Both the position numbers and the translations under genes were made by a program. Of a stretch of 25,632 nucleotides of DNA, positions 24,946 to 25,632 are shown in pieces (the first letter of the stretch is position 1; each line of letters starts with the position of its first letter). Location of the stretch: assembly GCA_964562875.1 (NCBI GenBank), contig CAZLVM010000001.1, forward strand, positions 1 through 25,632, written 5' to 3'. This stretch comes from an uncultured Methanosarcinales archaeon (GTDB lineage Archaea > Nanobdellota > Nanobdellia > Woesearchaeales > JAGWAF01). The notes under the pieces are model-generated. The model did not search any database. It worked only from the letters and a program-made list of their open reading frames with translations, and was not told the DNA's origin.

Positions 24946-25019
24946 TTTATGCACCTTTGCAGATGGAGGCTTTCAAAATTCCTGATTTTGAATTGTCGCC
25001 GGCTGCAAGTATTTTCATT
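24926..25019. repeat. 21-bp direct repeat (24926-24946 and 24999-25019) of the phosphoesterase start, flanking a hairpin cassette
   Basis: CCGGCTGCAAGTATTTTCATT occurs twice, 73 bp apart. Internal hairpin TTCAAAAT-TCCTG-ATTTTGAA at 24972-24992. Confidence 0.9.
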
Positions 25020-25092
25020 GTAAGAAATCATAAGGAATATGCCTTTAAAAAGCTTTGCGGTAAACTAAGAATTAAATTACCTTAATTTAAGG

Positions 25093-25248
25093 CATTGCCA
25101 CCAAGCGAAGAATAGCCAATGCTGCCAAGCGAAGTACTGTCTTTAAACATTAATTTCTGCGTGTGACTCCTTTTTAGAATAAATAACACCATTAACACGG
25201 AGCGCAGAATTGGCTAAAAAAAGAACAAAAACACAGAGCGTGGCAATG
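25093..25248. repeat. Outer shell of the dispersed element, enclosing copy C
   Basis: CATTGCCAC-CAAGCGAAG at 25093-25110 and AGC-GTGGCAATG at 25237-25248. Confidence 0.85.
25114..25215. repeat. Dispersed stem-closed element, copy C
   Basis: 11/12-bp inverted repeat AGCCAATGCTGC / GCAGAATTGGCT around a 78-nt interior CAAGCGAAGTAC...GTGTGACTCCTTT...CACGGAGC. Confidence 0.9.
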
Positions 25249-25250
25249 GC

Positions 25251-25632
25251 TTACCTTGCCTTAACCCTTACTTCTTCGCCTTCGAGATGGACAATTGTTG
25301 AGGGCTTTCCTTTTTTTTCTCCCTCGTAAATTGCAAAGTCAATATTTGCTTTTAGGTCATGGTGCAAATCATCAACAGATGTCATGTTGTTTCCGCCGGT
25401 TTTGTTTGCTGATGTTGTGACAATTGGAATATTAAGCTCTTCAGCAACTTTTGAGAACCAGTGTTCTGGAATTCTTATCCCCACGCTGTCCATGCCCATG
25501 TTTACCTGCTTTGCAATAGCGCTTTTATTTTTCAGTTTCATGATGAGTGTGTATGGTCCTGGAAGTTTTTCAATCCATTCTTCTGCATCTTCTGTCATCT
25601 CGCAGTTTTCCCTAATCCACTCTTTGGAAGGC
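25251..25632 (-). CDS. tsaC: L-threonylcarbamoyladenylate synthase, YrdC/TsaC type (5' part outside the window)
   Basis: LPGPYTLI, SVGIRIP, PIVTTSAN, GKPSTIV. The protein ends right after the YrdC domain, with no Sua5 C-terminal extension. Confidence 0.92.
   Translation of the reverse strand, partial: PSKEWIRENCEMTEDAEEWIEKLPGPYTLIMKLKNKSAIAKQVNMGMDSVGIRIPEHWFSKVAEELNIPIVTTSANKTGGNNMTSVDDLHHDLKANIDFAIYEGEKKGKPSTIVHLEGEEVRVKAR

Noticed and set aside
24831-25085. 84-aa + strand ORF
   Set aside because: Antisense to the phosphoesterase start and its duplicated leader; no coding support.
1-25632. Provirus, transposase, defence system or alternative genetic code
   Set aside because: No integrase, transposase, capsid or defence motifs were seen, and all recognised genes translate full-length with the standard code.

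Overview
A compact, gene-dense stretch of an archaeal chromosome, most likely a DPANN archaeon of Woesearchaeota type. This is inferred from gatD/gatE, cdc48, archease-rtcB, deoxyhypusine synthase, archaeal YchF, TATA boxes about 22-28 nt upstream of starts, GGTGA-type RBSs and CCA-less tRNAs. Most genes are housekeeping: tRNA maturation and translation (ychF, truD, gatDE, dhs, archease, rtcB, tsaC, tRNA-Thr(UGU), intron-containing tRNA-Arg(CCU)), energy (adk, ppdK) and proteostasis (cdc48). There is also a small glycan locus and an operon of three paralogous unknown genes. The most unusual signals are non-coding. (1) An unrecognised dispersed element has four core copies (15853-15952, 21901-22003, 22038-22133, 25114-25215). 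A conserved 76-78 nt interior is closed by terminal stems whose sequence differs between copies but stays complementary, and at two loci the elements are nested inside older shells. (2) Short hairpin cassettes lie between 17-21 bp direct duplications, at the tRNA-Arg 3' end (with compensatory stem changes) and at the start of a phosphoesterase gene. Protein assignments rest on motif recognition only; no database search was run.
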